A DNA stretch of 64,000 bases from Spirochaetia bacterium. GTDB taxonomy: Bacteria > Spirochaetota > Spirochaetia > SZUA-6 > Bin103. The position numbers and the translations under genes are program-made. Under the pieces are notes generated by a model. That model saw only the letters and a list, made by a program, of their open reading frames with translations. It searched no databases and had not been told where the DNA came from. Position 1 is the first letter of the stretch. Each line of letters starts with the position of its first letter. The stretch covers positions 1,437,730-1,501,729 of the forward strand of contig OZ241907.1 of assembly GCA_965203515.1 (NCBI GenBank). Reading direction: 5' to 3'. Shown piece by piece: positions 29,178 to 38,478 of this stretch.

Positions 29178-30569
29178 ATGAACGGCACTCGTTCCGACAC
29201 CGCCGACGCAGCCATCACGACCACCGTTTCAGCTCTCTCCGACGACCGCCTGCTGGAGCGGACCAAGGAACTGTCCGGCATCGAACACCAGCTCGAAGTC
29301 GTCGTCATCGACCACCTGCGCGAGATAGATAAGCGCCACCTGTACCTGCGCCGCGGGTTCTCAAGCCTCTTCGATTACGCGGTCCGCGAGCTCGGATACA
29401 GCGACGCCGCCGCTTGGCGGCGCCTCAAGGCGATGCGCCTCTGCGCCGACATCGACGGCGTGCGCGAGCGCCTGCAGGACGGCTCGATGACCCTGAACGC
29501 CGCCGCGCAGTTGCAGAACGCCTTTGATCGGCAGGAGCGCAACAGGGATCGCGCGGCGCGCAGCGCGCCGGGCGAGGACGGGTTCGGGGCCGCCGCGCGG
29601 TCGCAGGACGGCTCGGCGCCGGGGCCGACTCAGCCGGCGGAACGGAAGCCGGCGCCGGTGCTGGACCGGTCGGCGCGGCGGGCGCTGGTGGAGCAGGCGG
29701 CCGGCAAGAGCAGCCGGCAGGTGATGCAGTTGCTGGCCGAGGTGGACCCGGAGATGACGGCGCCGCCGGATCGGGTACGCCCGCTCGGCGCCGGGCGCTG
29801 GGAGCTCAAGGCGGTCATCGACGATGAGTGCCGGCGCGGTTTGGAGCTGCTCAAGGGCCTCCTGTCCCACGTCGATCCACACATGACGTTGGGTCAGCTC
29901 ATGGGGCGGCTGGTGCGGGAAGGGCTCGACCGCCACGACCCGGCCCGTCCGCCGCGCGGGAGCCGCACCGGCTCACACGCCGCAGGCGCCGAGCAGACTT
30001 CGGCGGCGAAGACGCAGGCGGCCAGCTCGGCCCAGGCGGCCGGGCAGCCGGGGAACGAAGCGGCTTCGCCGTTGAAGGCGTACCTCGGCCCGGAACACCC
30101 GGACACTTCGGCAGCGAAGCCGGCGGGCGATACCACTTCGGCGCCGAAGCAGGATGCCAACGCGGACAGCGCCGCTCCTTCGGCGGCGAAGGTATCGGCC
30201 CAGGCGACGGGGCAGCCGGGAGACGAAGCCGCTTCGCGGCTGCAGGCGGACCGCTGCCCGGACACTTCGGCGCCGAAGACGCGGTGCCTCGGCCGGCAGG
30301 CTGCGGCGTGTGCAGAGCGGGCGGCTGGCGCGACCGGCCGCTCCATCCCGGCGGCGGTCAAGCGCGCGGTCTGGCGGCGCGACCGGGGCCGCTGCAGCTA
30401 CGTCGACCGCACCAGCGGGCGCTGCTGCGGCTCTCAACACCTGCTGCAGATCGATCACGTCGTGCCGTACGCCCAGGGCGGCGCCGCCGAGCCGAACAAT
30501 CTCCGACTGCTGTGCGCCGCGCATCACCGCCACCGCCACGCAGGCACCGGATTCGGCCGCCCCGGCTGA
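29178..30569 (+). CDS. DUF222 + HNH endonuclease domain protein (REP13E12-like), copy 1
   Basis: N-terminal DUF222-like region and C-terminal HNH (CSYVDRTSGRCCGSQHLLQIDHVVPYAQGGAAEPNNLRLLCAAHHRHRH). The central part is low-complexity with TSAAK/ASPLKA repeats. About 90% identical to 60565..62001. Confidence 0.8.
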   Translation: MNGTRSDTADAAITTTVSALSDDRLLERTKELSGIEHQLEVVVIDHLREIDKRHLYLRRGFSSLFDYAVRELGYSDAAAWRRLKAMRLCADIDGVRERLQDGSMTLNAAAQLQNAFDRQERNRDRAARSAPGEDGFGAAARSQDGSAPGPTQPAERKPAPVLDRSARRALVEQAAGKSSRQVMQLLAEVDPEMTAPPDRVRPLGAGRWELKAVIDDECRRGLELLKGLLSHVDPHMTLGQLMGRLVREGLDRHDPARPPRGSRTGSHAAGAEQTSAAKTQAASSAQAAGQPGNEAASPLKAYLGPEHPDTSAAKPAGDTTSAPKQDANADSAAPSAAKVSAQATGQPGDEAASRLQADRCPDTSAPKTRCLGRQAAACAERAAGATGRSIPAAVKRAVWRRDRGRCSYVDRTSGRCCGSQHLLQIDHVVPYAQGGAAEPNNLRLLCAAHHRHRHAGTGFGRPG

Positions 30570-30703
30570 GGATCGTCAGGCGCCGGTCCCGTTCAGCCCG
30601 CTGCTGCCGAAGGCGGAAACCGCGATCAGGATCGCCGAGATCAAGTCGGCATATCAGGGCAGGGCGCTTGCCGGCCGGCGGGCCGCCGGGGGAGACTGGC
30701 GGC

Positions 30704-31852
30704 ATGAAGATCGCACGGATCGAGACGCACGTCGTCCGGGGCGGACGCCGCAACCTCTGCATAATCCGCATCGAGTCGAGCGACGGCTTCGTCGGCATCG
30801 GCGAATCGGGGCTGACCGGCCGCGAGCTGGCCGTGCGCGGCGCGGTCGACCACTTCCGGGAGTTCCTGACCGGCCGCGACCCGCGCCGCATCGGGGCGAT
30901 CTGGCAGGAGGTCTACCGCAGCCAGTACTTCGAGGGCGGACGCGTGCTCACCGCGGCGCTGTCGGCGATCGACATAGCCCTGCACGACCTGGTCGCCCGC
31001 TCGCTGGGCGTGCCGGTCTACCAGCTCCTGGGCGGCCGGCAGCGCGACCGCGTGCCGTGCTTCGCCACCACCCGGCGCGGCTTCGGCGCGGAGGCGGTGT
31101 CCGACGTGGTGGGCTTGGTCGACGACGGCTGGCCGTGCGTGCGGCTGCCGGTGCCGGTCGACGACAAGGCCGGCGTCTTCGATCCGCGCGGGTCGATCGG
31201 CGCGGCGGCCGAGACGCTGATCGCGGCCCGCCAGGCGATCGGCCGCCGGGCGGCGCTCGGCATCGATTACCACCACCGCCTGTCGGTGGCGGAGGCGGCC
31301 AGCTTCTGTCAGGCGATGCCGCCCGGCACCATCGACTTCCTGGAAGAGCCGATCCGCGACGAGACGCCGGCGGCCTATCAGGCGCTGCAGCGCATGACGC
31401 ACGTACCGATGGCGATCGGCGAGGAGTTCGCCAGCAAGTGGCAGTTCCTGCCCTACCTGGAGGCCGGCATCCCGGCGTTCGCGCGAGTCGACATCTGCAA
31501 CGTCGGCGGCTTTACCGAGGCCATGAAGGTCGCCGGCTGGTGCGAGGCGCATTACGTCGACCTGATGCCGCATAACCCGCTGGGGCCGGTGAGCACCGCC
31601 GCCAACCTCCATCTGGCCGCCGCCTCCGCGCAGTACGCGTGGCTTGAGGATCGCGGTTCGGAAGGGCTCAACCACTTCGACCGGGAGATGTTCCCGGTCA
31701 TGCCGTTGCTCGACGGGGTCACCTACGCGGTGCCGGACGGCCCGGGCCTTGGCGTCGAGTTCGACCCGGAGGCGCCGCTGGCCAAGGAGCCGTTGCAGCT
31801 CTGGGAGGCGCCCCACCTGCGCCGGCCGGACGGCTCGTACACCAACTGGTAG
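30704..31852 (+). CDS. enolase-superfamily dehydratase (mandelate racemase/muconate lactonizing family; D-galactonate/D-mannonate dehydratase-like)
   Basis: MKIARIETHVVRGG...; metal ligands in the typical DxH...E...D spacing (IDYHH, LEEPI, CNVGG); SD GGGGGAG. Confidence 0.75.
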   Translation: MKIARIETHVVRGGRRNLCIIRIESSDGFVGIGESGLTGRELAVRGAVDHFREFLTGRDPRRIGAIWQEVYRSQYFEGGRVLTAALSAIDIALHDLVARSLGVPVYQLLGGRQRDRVPCFATTRRGFGAEAVSDVVGLVDDGWPCVRLPVPVDDKAGVFDPRGSIGAAAETLIAARQAIGRRAALGIDYHHRLSVAEAASFCQAMPPGTIDFLEEPIRDETPAAYQALQRMTHVPMAIGEEFASKWQFLPYLEAGIPAFARVDICNVGGFTEAMKVAGWCEAHYVDLMPHNPLGPVSTAANLHLAAASAQYAWLEDRGSEGLNHFDREMFPVMPLLDGVTYAVPDGPGLGVEFDPEAPLAKEPLQLWEAPHLRRPDGSYTNW

Positions 31853-31901
31853 CCCTGCCTGACAGCCCTGCCTGGTCGCGCTGCCGCTCCGTCCGGCGGA
31901 C

Positions 31902-33128
31902 CTACTCCCGCTTGACCCGCACCCGGAATCCGCGCGGTATCTCCCTGACGTCCCGATCCGTGGCGATGATCGCGTAACCGCCGCCGGAGTGGCTGGTCGT
32001 CCGGCCCGTACCCAGCGCGTCATAGCGGTCGAGCACGGCATCGATCTCCGCGTCGGTGCTGAGCGGCAGTATCTCCCTCCACGTGTCGTGGGTCCGGGTC
32101 AGACACCGCCCCAGTGCATCGAGGTCCCGGTTCAGGATGGCGTCGTAGCAATCCCTGCCCGCGGCGCCCAGCTCCCGAATCGCCGCCGGCGTGAAGTTCC
32201 GAATCGCCAACGGATCGTATCCGGCCGGCGTCTCGCCGATCGGCGCCAGGACCAGGTGCTCCTGCAGCCACGCGCAGACGCCCGCATCGGTAGTCGACTC
32301 GATCTTCTTCGGCCAATACCCCTTGTGCACGCCGTGATCGTAATCGAGCCGGCTGACGCCGGGATGGGTGAGACCGACGTGATCCTGGCTCCCCGACAGG
32401 TAGCCGCTTCGGTGCGCAGGGTCCCGATACCCGTTCGTCAGCTCCCTGCCGTTCTCGACGTGGTACAGCAGGACCGCCAGCTCCTCCGCGGGCAGGTCGG
32501 TGCGCAACCCCTTGCCGACCAGATCGCTCCATACCTTGCGGGTACTGGTGGCAAGGCCGGAGTGCGCGAAGAGATCCGGCCGATATTCGATGCGGACGAC
32601 CGTCGCCGACCCGGGTCCATACCGGTTCACGTACGGCTGGTCGATCCATCCGCCGGCCAGACAGAGCCGGTAGGGAAGATGACGGCCGCTCTTCGCCCGC
32701 AATTCGGTCGAACTCCTGCCTGGCAGGCCCGGGTGCGGCTCCCGCTTCAGGACCACGTACTCGACGCCCAACGACCGGCACAGCTTCCGCTTGCCGGGCG
32801 TGTGGCCATCTTCGTTGACCACGAAGTAATCCGGGCGAATGGCCGTCAACTCATTGCGGAAGTCGAGCATGCCGAAGCCGGTGGCGATCATCGCCTCCTT
32901 GACCGGCTTGAGGTTCCGTACGATGTACGCGCGTTCCTCCTGACCATAGGTTGGATCGACCTGCTTCAGCATCCTGATGCTGGCGTCCGTACCGATCACC
33001 ACGTACAGATCGCCGAACGCCGATGCCTGCATGAGAAACTCGAGATGTCCCGCGTGAAACAGATCGAAACATCCGCTCACCATCACCTTCTTGTGGTTCA
33101 CCTTCTTGTCGTTCGCCATCATCTCCAT
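31902..33128 (-). CDS. bifunctional nucleotidyltransferase (cytidylyltransferase-like, HxGH) / GHMP-family kinase
   Basis: N-terminus VMVSGCFDLFHAGHLEFL is the PF01467-type H-x-G-H motif (TagD/RfaE-II-like). The C-terminal half has a GHMP-like P-loop remnant (HSGLATSTRKV) and a TSHSGGGYAII tail. Gene GC of about 60% versus about 72% nearby. Confidence 0.5.
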   Translation of the reverse strand: MEMMANDKKVNHKKVMVSGCFDLFHAGHLEFLMQASAFGDLYVVIGTDASIRMLKQVDPTYGQEERAYIVRNLKPVKEAMIATGFGMLDFRNELTAIRPDYFVVNEDGHTPGKRKLCRSLGVEYVVLKREPHPGLPGRSSTELRAKSGRHLPYRLCLAGGWIDQPYVNRYGPGSATVVRIEYRPDLFAHSGLATSTRKVWSDLVGKGLRTDLPAEELAVLLYHVENGRELTNGYRDPAHRSGYLSGSQDHVGLTHPGVSRLDYDHGVHKGYWPKKIESTTDAGVCAWLQEHLVLAPIGETPAGYDPLAIRNFTPAAIRELGAAGRDCYDAILNRDLDALGRCLTRTHDTWREILPLSTDAEIDAVLDRYDALGTGRTTSHSGGGYAIIATDRDVREIPRGFRVRVKRE

Positions 33129-34402
33129 CCCAGGGTCGCGGCGCCGAAGGCGCGTTCGAACTCGTCATTGGATGCGTACCGCCACCCGAACGCCCGGTCC
33201 CAGATCGCCGCCTTCTCCATGCACAGGTACAGGAACACCCGGCCGTGCCACGGCGCCAGCGCCCGATACATGGTGTGGAACATCCGCACCTTGAGGTCGT
33301 CGGGATAGGTGAGCTTGCCGTGCGGGTCGGCGACCAGGTCGGCCTGCAGGATGCGGGTCGGCTCGCCGCGCTGCCGGATGCGCTTCATCACCGGCTTGAT
33401 GAAGGTGACCGATCCCAGCGAGATGAAGGCGACCTCCGCCGGGTCGAACCGGTCGATCAGGCGGGCCGCCAGCGCCGGATACTCGGTCTCCCAGCCGTCG
33501 TAGTGGACCATCGGATGGAAGTGGAACGCCACCTTGCGGCCAAGATCCGCGAAGCGGCGGGCGGCGGCCAGCCGGCGCTCCAGGGGAGCGGTGAAGTGCT
33601 CCTCGTGCTCGATGACGGCCGCGGTGTTGAGCGACCAGCTACAGACCAGGTTCGGCGGCGGCGCCGGGCGCTCCAGGAAGTAGCTGACGTTGGCCGACTT
33701 GGTCTTCAGCTCCAGCAGGACGTTGGGATGCTCGGCCGCGAACCGGCACAGCTCGTCCAGGATGCCGCCGCGGTTGCCCCAGACCAGCGAATCGGAGGAC
33801 TGGCCGGTGCCGATGTGGTAGAAGCGCCGGTCGTCCAGCTCGATCGCGCGCAACTTGCGTCCCAGGTCGCGGTCGACGGTCACGCGGTCGCCGTAGAAGG
33901 TCTGGATCGTGCAGTAGCTGCAGCCGAACGAGCAGTTTTGCACCGCGTCGATCGTCTTGAGGTTGCAGCACAGGGTGCGGTCGGATCGAACCGGGCAGTC
34001 GCCGAACACCTCCGCCTCCCCGGCCGCGTCGGCAAAGCGGAGCGGCGGCCGGCGCGGCGCCGGCGCCGGGCGGCGGTCGTACCGGGTCGGCTCGCGCCGC
34101 AGCCGGTCCAGGTGCTCGCGCAGCGCGCCGATCAGCCGCTTCTTGCGCTCGCGCGCCGGCAGGGCGGAGTCGATATCCGACTCGGCGCGCGCCCACCACG
34201 CGCCGATGCCGGGCTCGCCCCACATCGCCAGGTCGCGGGCGGCCTGGCACAGGTGCCGCACCTCCTGCGCCGTGCAGCGGTAGCGCGACACCGCGCCGTC
34301 GATGCAGGCGCGCGCAGCCGGATCAAGCCGGTCGTACAAGGTCCCCGGATACCGGGTCGGCCCCTGATGCACGGTCGTCCCCGGATGCCGGGTCGCCGCC
34401 AT
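33119..34402 (-). CDS. radical SAM protein, spore-photoproduct-lyase (SplB) family, with about 120-aa N-terminal extension
   Basis: NCSFGCSYCTIQ matches the SPL-type CX3CXYCX2Q cluster (compare B. subtilis GCMGHCHYCYLQ). Confidence 0.55.
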   Translation of the reverse strand: MAATRHPGTTVHQGPTRYPGTLYDRLDPAARACIDGAVSRYRCTAQEVRHLCQAARDLAMWGEPGIGAWWARAESDIDSALPARERKKRLIGALREHLDRLRREPTRYDRRPAPAPRRPPLRFADAAGEAEVFGDCPVRSDRTLCCNLKTIDAVQNCSFGCSYCTIQTFYGDRVTVDRDLGRKLRAIELDDRRFYHIGTGQSSDSLVWGNRGGILDELCRFAAEHPNVLLELKTKSANVSYFLERPAPPPNLVCSWSLNTAAVIEHEEHFTAPLERRLAAARRFADLGRKVAFHFHPMVHYDGWETEYPALAARLIDRFDPAEVAFISLGSVTFIKPVMKRIRQRGEPTRILQADLVADPHGKLTYPDDLKVRMFHTMYRALAPWHGRVFLYLCMEKAAIWDRAFGWRYASNDEFERAFGAATLGWR

Positions 34403-34429
34403 GCGCTACGTCTCGCGCGCCGGCAAACC

Positions 34430-35149
34430 TCAGCCGGCCACCGGCACGCCGTCGAGCTTGCCGTCGGCGTGCATGGCGTTCCATTCGTCCAGGAAGGTGC
34501 GGTTCCACTGATCGGTGAGCGGGTGGTCCATCATCTCCTTGAGGGTCGTCCAGAAGATGATGATGCCGTCCGCGCCGGCCCGCAGCGCTGCGTACGCCAC
34601 GTCGACCGAGCGCACCAGCGCCGCCGTGACGAACGGGCGCTGCGCCCAGCCGTCGAACATGGCGCGGCACTCGCGCACCAGCCGCACCGGATCGTCCTGG
34701 AGCTGCTTGACCGGCTCGCAGAACGGCAGCACGTGCGTGGCGCCCGCCTGCGCGACCGCGGCCGCCTGCGTCAGCGAGAAGACCGTGGTGCAGAAGGTCT
34801 CCACGCCTTCGGCGGCGAACGCCCGAAAGGCGCCAAGACCCTGCGTCGTGCACGGCACCTTGATGATGATGTTGTCCGCCATGGCCGTGAAGACGTGCCC
34901 GACGTCGATCAGCTCGGCCGTGGTGTGGCCATCGATCTCCACCACGACCGGCTTGTCCGTCATGTCCAGGTAGCGCCGGATCACCTGCTGCAAGGTCCCG
35001 TACTTCTTGACCAACTGGTTCTGCACGACCGTGTTGGTGACGATCCCGGCAGCGCCGCGGTCCATCCACTCGCCCAGGTCGGCCGGGTCGCCCGCCAGCC
35101 AGATCGCCGGCCCCCGCCCCTCGCTACGCGCCTGCTGCGCGGTCTTCAT
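34430..35149 (-). CDS. transaldolase-family protein (fructose-6-phosphate aldolase / TalC-like, short form)
   Basis: IIIKVPCTTQGLGAF (Schiff-base Lys region) and VSPF-like ATHVLPF; 239 aa is typical of the FSA/TalC subfamily. Confidence 0.7.
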   Translation of the reverse strand: MKTAQQARSEGRGPAIWLAGDPADLGEWMDRGAAGIVTNTVVQNQLVKKYGTLQQVIRRYLDMTDKPVVVEIDGHTTAELIDVGHVFTAMADNIIIKVPCTTQGLGAFRAFAAEGVETFCTTVFSLTQAAAVAQAGATHVLPFCEPVKQLQDDPVRLVRECRAMFDGWAQRPFVTAALVRSVDVAYAALRAGADGIIIFWTTLKEMMDHPLTDQWNRTFLDEWNAMHADGKLDGVPVAG

Positions 35150-35171
35150 GTTGATCGTCCTCCTCCAGCGC

Positions 35172-35825
35172 TCAGAACGCGATGGCCAGCTCGATGCTCC
35201 ACGGAAAGCGCAGGCCGCTGTTCACGTTGGCCACGACGTTTTCCATACCTTTCATGCCGGTCTTGAATCCGGTGAAGGGGCTGAGCGCGAGCTGGTAGCT
35301 CACGCCGACGCGCGGAGTGAGCGCGACCGGTCCCCAGATGACCCGGTAGCCGACGTGCGCGCCCGCTCCTATCAGCACCGTCCACGACTCCAGTTTTGTC
35401 CCGGTCGGATCTTTGAGCGCCGAATCCTGGAACCGGGCGGAGGCGTACCCCGGGGAGATCCACGCCCCCGCGAACACGCCGGTCGGCGACACGCCGTTCA
35501 CGTAGTAGTTGGCGCCGGCGGCGATCGACACGGACCAGACGTCGTAGTCATCCCGCACGATGCCCGTGCTAGCGGGCGGCAGCGGATTGAAGATACCAAA
35601 TTTCGCGTTGTAATAGGCGGGGATGACGAAGATGCTGAGGTCGTCGTCGAGCACCTGCTCGAAGGACCCGCTGTAGAGGCCGACCATCGGTCCCAGGAGG
35701 TTGAGGCCGATGACCGTGGTCTTGTCCTCCGCCGTCTGGGCGAAGCTCGGCGCGGCGACCAGCATGCCGAGCGCGACGATCAGCGGCGCGAACCTGAAGC
35801 GAAACGACCGATTCATGGCCGTCAT
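35172..35825 (-). CDS. outer-membrane beta-barrel protein (signal peptide, C-terminal ...LAIAF)
   Basis: Signal peptide MTAMNRSFRFRFAPLIVALGMLVAAPSFAQ, alternating amphipathic strands and a terminal Phe. Implies a diderm host. Confidence 0.55.
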   Translation of the reverse strand: MTAMNRSFRFRFAPLIVALGMLVAAPSFAQTAEDKTTVIGLNLLGPMVGLYSGSFEQVLDDDLSIFVIPAYYNAKFGIFNPLPPASTGIVRDDYDVWSVSIAAGANYYVNGVSPTGVFAGAWISPGYASARFQDSALKDPTGTKLESWTVLIGAGAHVGYRVIWGPVALTPRVGVSYQLALSPFTGFKTGMKGMENVVANVNSGLRFPWSIELAIAF

Positions 35826-35829
35826 GGTA

Positions 35830-36987
35830 TCACCGGGACAGCACGTTGCAAAGCGCGGCCACCACCGCCTCGATCTGCGCCGGCTCGATGATCAGCGGCG
35901 GCAGCAGGCGGATCACGGTGGTGCCGGCCGGCAGCGCCAGCACCCCCTGTTCCATCAGCGCGGTCAGGTGCGGCTGCGACCGTTCCTTGAGCTCGATGCC
36001 GATCATCAGGCCGTACTGGCGGAGCTCCCGCACGCAGGCCGGCCGCGACCGCTCGAACAGCTCCGCAAAGTACGCTCCGGACTCGGCCGCCCGGCGGGCC
36101 AGGTCGTGCGCGACCAGGTAATCGATGGTGGCCGCCGCCGCCGCGCAGGCCAGCGGGTTGCCGCCGAACGTGGAGCCGTGCACGCCGACCGCCGGCTTGA
36201 CCGCATCGCTGAACAACGCCGCCCCCATCGGCACGCCGCCGGCGATGCCCTTGGCCACGCACATGACGTCCGGCTGCACGCCGCTGTGCTCGACCGCGAA
36301 CATGCGGCCGGTGCGGCAGAAGCCGGTCTGGATCTCGTCGGCGATCAACAGCGCGCCGCGCTCGTCGCACAGCCGGCGGACGCCGCGCAGGTACGCGTCG
36401 TCGGCGCGGTGCACCCCGCCCTCCCCCTGGATCGGCTCCAGCACCACCGCCGCGGTGCGGTCGGTGACCGCCTCCGCCAGCTTGGCGAGGTTGTTGTACG
36501 GGACGTGCGCGATGCCGGGAACCAGCGGCGCGAACGGCTCCCGGTACTGCTTCTTGTGGGTGGCGCTCAGCGCCCCCATGGTGCGGCCGTGGAACCCGCG
36601 CATCGCGGCGACGATGCCGGTGCGGCCGGTCGCCAGACGCGCGAACTTGAAGGCGGTCTCGATCGCCTCCGCGCCGGAGTTGCACAGATAGGCGCGCGTC
36701 AGGCGCTCGGGCGCCGCCGACACCAGCTTGGCCAGGAGCGCCGCGCGCCGGTCGTTGTAGAACACGCCGCCGCAGGTGATCAGCGTCCGCGCCTGCCGGC
36801 CGATCGCCTCCGCCACCACCGGGTGGGCATGACCCAGGCAGGCCACGCCGGTGCCGGCGGCGCAGTCGAGGTAGCTGCGCCCCGCCTCGTCCCAGACCAC
36901 CGCGCCTTCGCCCCGCACCAGGGTCAGGTCGCGCTTCGGATAGACCTCGAACGCGTAGCGTCGTTCCGTCTCTTGAACGTTCATCAT
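35830..36987 (-). CDS. lysJ: class III aminotransferase, acetylornithine/[LysW]-aminoadipate-semialdehyde aminotransferase (ArgD/LysJ)
   Basis: PLP-lysine region (CVAKGIAGGVPMGA), class III fold, context with lysWXYZ. Confidence 0.8.
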   Translation of the reverse strand: MMNVQETERRYAFEVYPKRDLTLVRGEGAVVWDEAGRSYLDCAAGTGVACLGHAHPVVAEAIGRQARTLITCGGVFYNDRRAALLAKLVSAAPERLTRAYLCNSGAEAIETAFKFARLATGRTGIVAAMRGFHGRTMGALSATHKKQYREPFAPLVPGIAHVPYNNLAKLAEAVTDRTAAVVLEPIQGEGGVHRADDAYLRGVRRLCDERGALLIADEIQTGFCRTGRMFAVEHSGVQPDVMCVAKGIAGGVPMGAALFSDAVKPAVGVHGSTFGGNPLACAAAAATIDYLVAHDLARRAAESGAYFAELFERSRPACVRELRQYGLMIGIELKERSQPHLTALMEQGVLALPAGTTVIRLLPPLIIEPAQIEAVVAALCNVLSR

Positions 36988-37775
36988 CCGATGCTGGTGC
37001 CGCGTCCCGCCAAGCCGTCGCGCAGGGGGTGTTCGGTGCGCCCGTCGCAGAGTATGACCTGCGCGCCGCCCAGCGCAATCAGCTCCTTGAGCGCGCGCAG
37101 CTTGCGCCGGATGCGGCCGACGGCCTGCTCCTCGAAGCGGTCGAGCGCGGCGGCGTCGAGTTCGCGCACGACCGAAGTCTCGTCATCCGCGCGCGCCAGG
37201 AACCCCGGCGCTTCGATGAGCTGGAACACGCGCCGCGCGCGCAGCTCGGCGTGCAGCGCCACCACGATGTCGTCGTTCTCGGAATTGATGGCGATGCCTT
37301 CTTCGTCCGCGATCGGGATGCTGATCACCGGCGTATAGCCGCCGTCGAGCAGCGTGCGCAGCAGCGCGCCGTTGACGCCCGCCGGCTTGCCGGAGCGGTC
37401 GCGCACGATGAACGTCCGGCCGTCGCGCCGCACGCGGATCCCCCGGTTGCGCCGCCCCCGGATCAGGCGCCCGTCCAGACCGGTCAGCCCGACCGCGTCG
37501 ACGCCGGACCGCTGGCAGAGCTCGACGAGCTGCGTGTTCCGCAGCCCTGCGTAGGCCAGCATGATCATGTCGAGGGCGCGATCGTCGGAGTAGACGCTGG
37601 AGTAGCCGGCCATCGACGTCAGCACCTGCTTGGGGGCGCCCAGGCGCTCGGCCAGCTCGTCGCGCAACGCGTTGGCGCCGTGCACGACCACCGCCGGTTC
37701 GCCCAGCTCGGCCAGGTCCGCCGCGATCGCCGGCAGGTTGATGGCGCTGCCGCCGCCGACCTTGATGATGTTCAC
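36984..37775 (-). CDS. lysZ: amino-acid kinase family, [LysW]-aminoadipate/glutamate kinase (LysZ/ArgB)
   Basis: MNIIKVGGGSAINL N-terminus, AAK fold, ATGA overlap with lysJ. Confidence 0.75.
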   Translation of the reverse strand: MNIIKVGGGSAINLPAIAADLAELGEPAVVVHGANALRDELAERLGAPKQVLTSMAGYSSVYSDDRALDMIMLAYAGLRNTQLVELCQRSGVDAVGLTGLDGRLIRGRRNRGIRVRRDGRTFIVRDRSGKPAGVNGALLRTLLDGGYTPVISIPIADEEGIAINSENDDIVVALHAELRARRVFQLIEAPGFLARADDETSVVRELDAAALDRFEEQAVGRIRRKLRALKELIALGGAQVILCDGRTEHPLRDGLAGRGTSIG

Positions 37776-37778
37776 CGT

Positions 37779-38459
37779 TCAGGGTCCCGTGGATGTGGTT
37801 GGGTAGGCGCGCACGTCACCGGTGGGGAGCGGCCGCCACTCGCCCGCGCGGGGCGCGCCGGCTGCGCCGCCCGCAGGCAGCGGATCGGAACAGACTACCA
37901 GCCGCCCCGGACCGCGCGCAACGTGCATCCGAAAGTAGTCCGGCGAGTCGTTGAACCGGTTGGTGACCCGGACCGCCGCGGCGTCGGCGATGATGACGTT
38001 CATCGCGCGCACGTAGCGCGTCCTTCTCTCGATGATCGCAAGCCCCTTGCGCATCGCTTCGGTCAGGTCGCCGCGGTCGAAGCGGCGGATGAAGTTGTAG
38101 ACCTTCTCGGCCCCGATGCGACCGGTCTCCTTCACCCGCACGCCGCGCAACTCGCCATTGAACAGGAACACGGACCGCCCGTCGGTGAACGGCATGTTGT
38201 TGCGCACCTCGATCCCTTCGTCGCGGAACGCGCTGCGGGCGTGCGCGACCAGCAACCGCGTGCGCGCGCGCGGCGGCGACCGGTCCTCCCAGACCGGGGC
38301 GATGTCGTGATGGAGCCGCCAGCCGTCCGGCGTCATCCAGGCGCAGCCCCAGCCGTGGCCCTGGTACTCGGAGCTGGTGCGGGCGATCTCCGCGAACGGC
38401 TGCAGGTAGCGCTGCAGCTCGAACGGCTCGGCGGCCTGGACCGCAAGCAGGCGACACAC
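37779..38459 (-). CDS. class II glutamine amidotransferase (YafJ-type, N-terminal Cys) embedded in the LysW cluster
   Basis: MCRLLAV... followed by the GHGWG and NG Ntn-amidotransferase motifs. Unusual position between lysY and lysZ. Confidence 0.65.
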   Translation of the reverse strand: MCRLLAVQAAEPFELQRYLQPFAEIARTSSEYQGHGWGCAWMTPDGWRLHHDIAPVWEDRSPPRARTRLLVAHARSAFRDEGIEVRNNMPFTDGRSVFLFNGELRGVRVKETGRIGAEKVYNFIRRFDRGDLTEAMRKGLAIIERRTRYVRAMNVIIADAAAVRVTNRFNDSPDYFRMHVARGPGRLVVCSDPLPAGGAAGAPRAGEWRPLPTGDVRAYPTTSTGP

Positions 38460-38478
38460 GGGCGGGACGCGCGAACGC

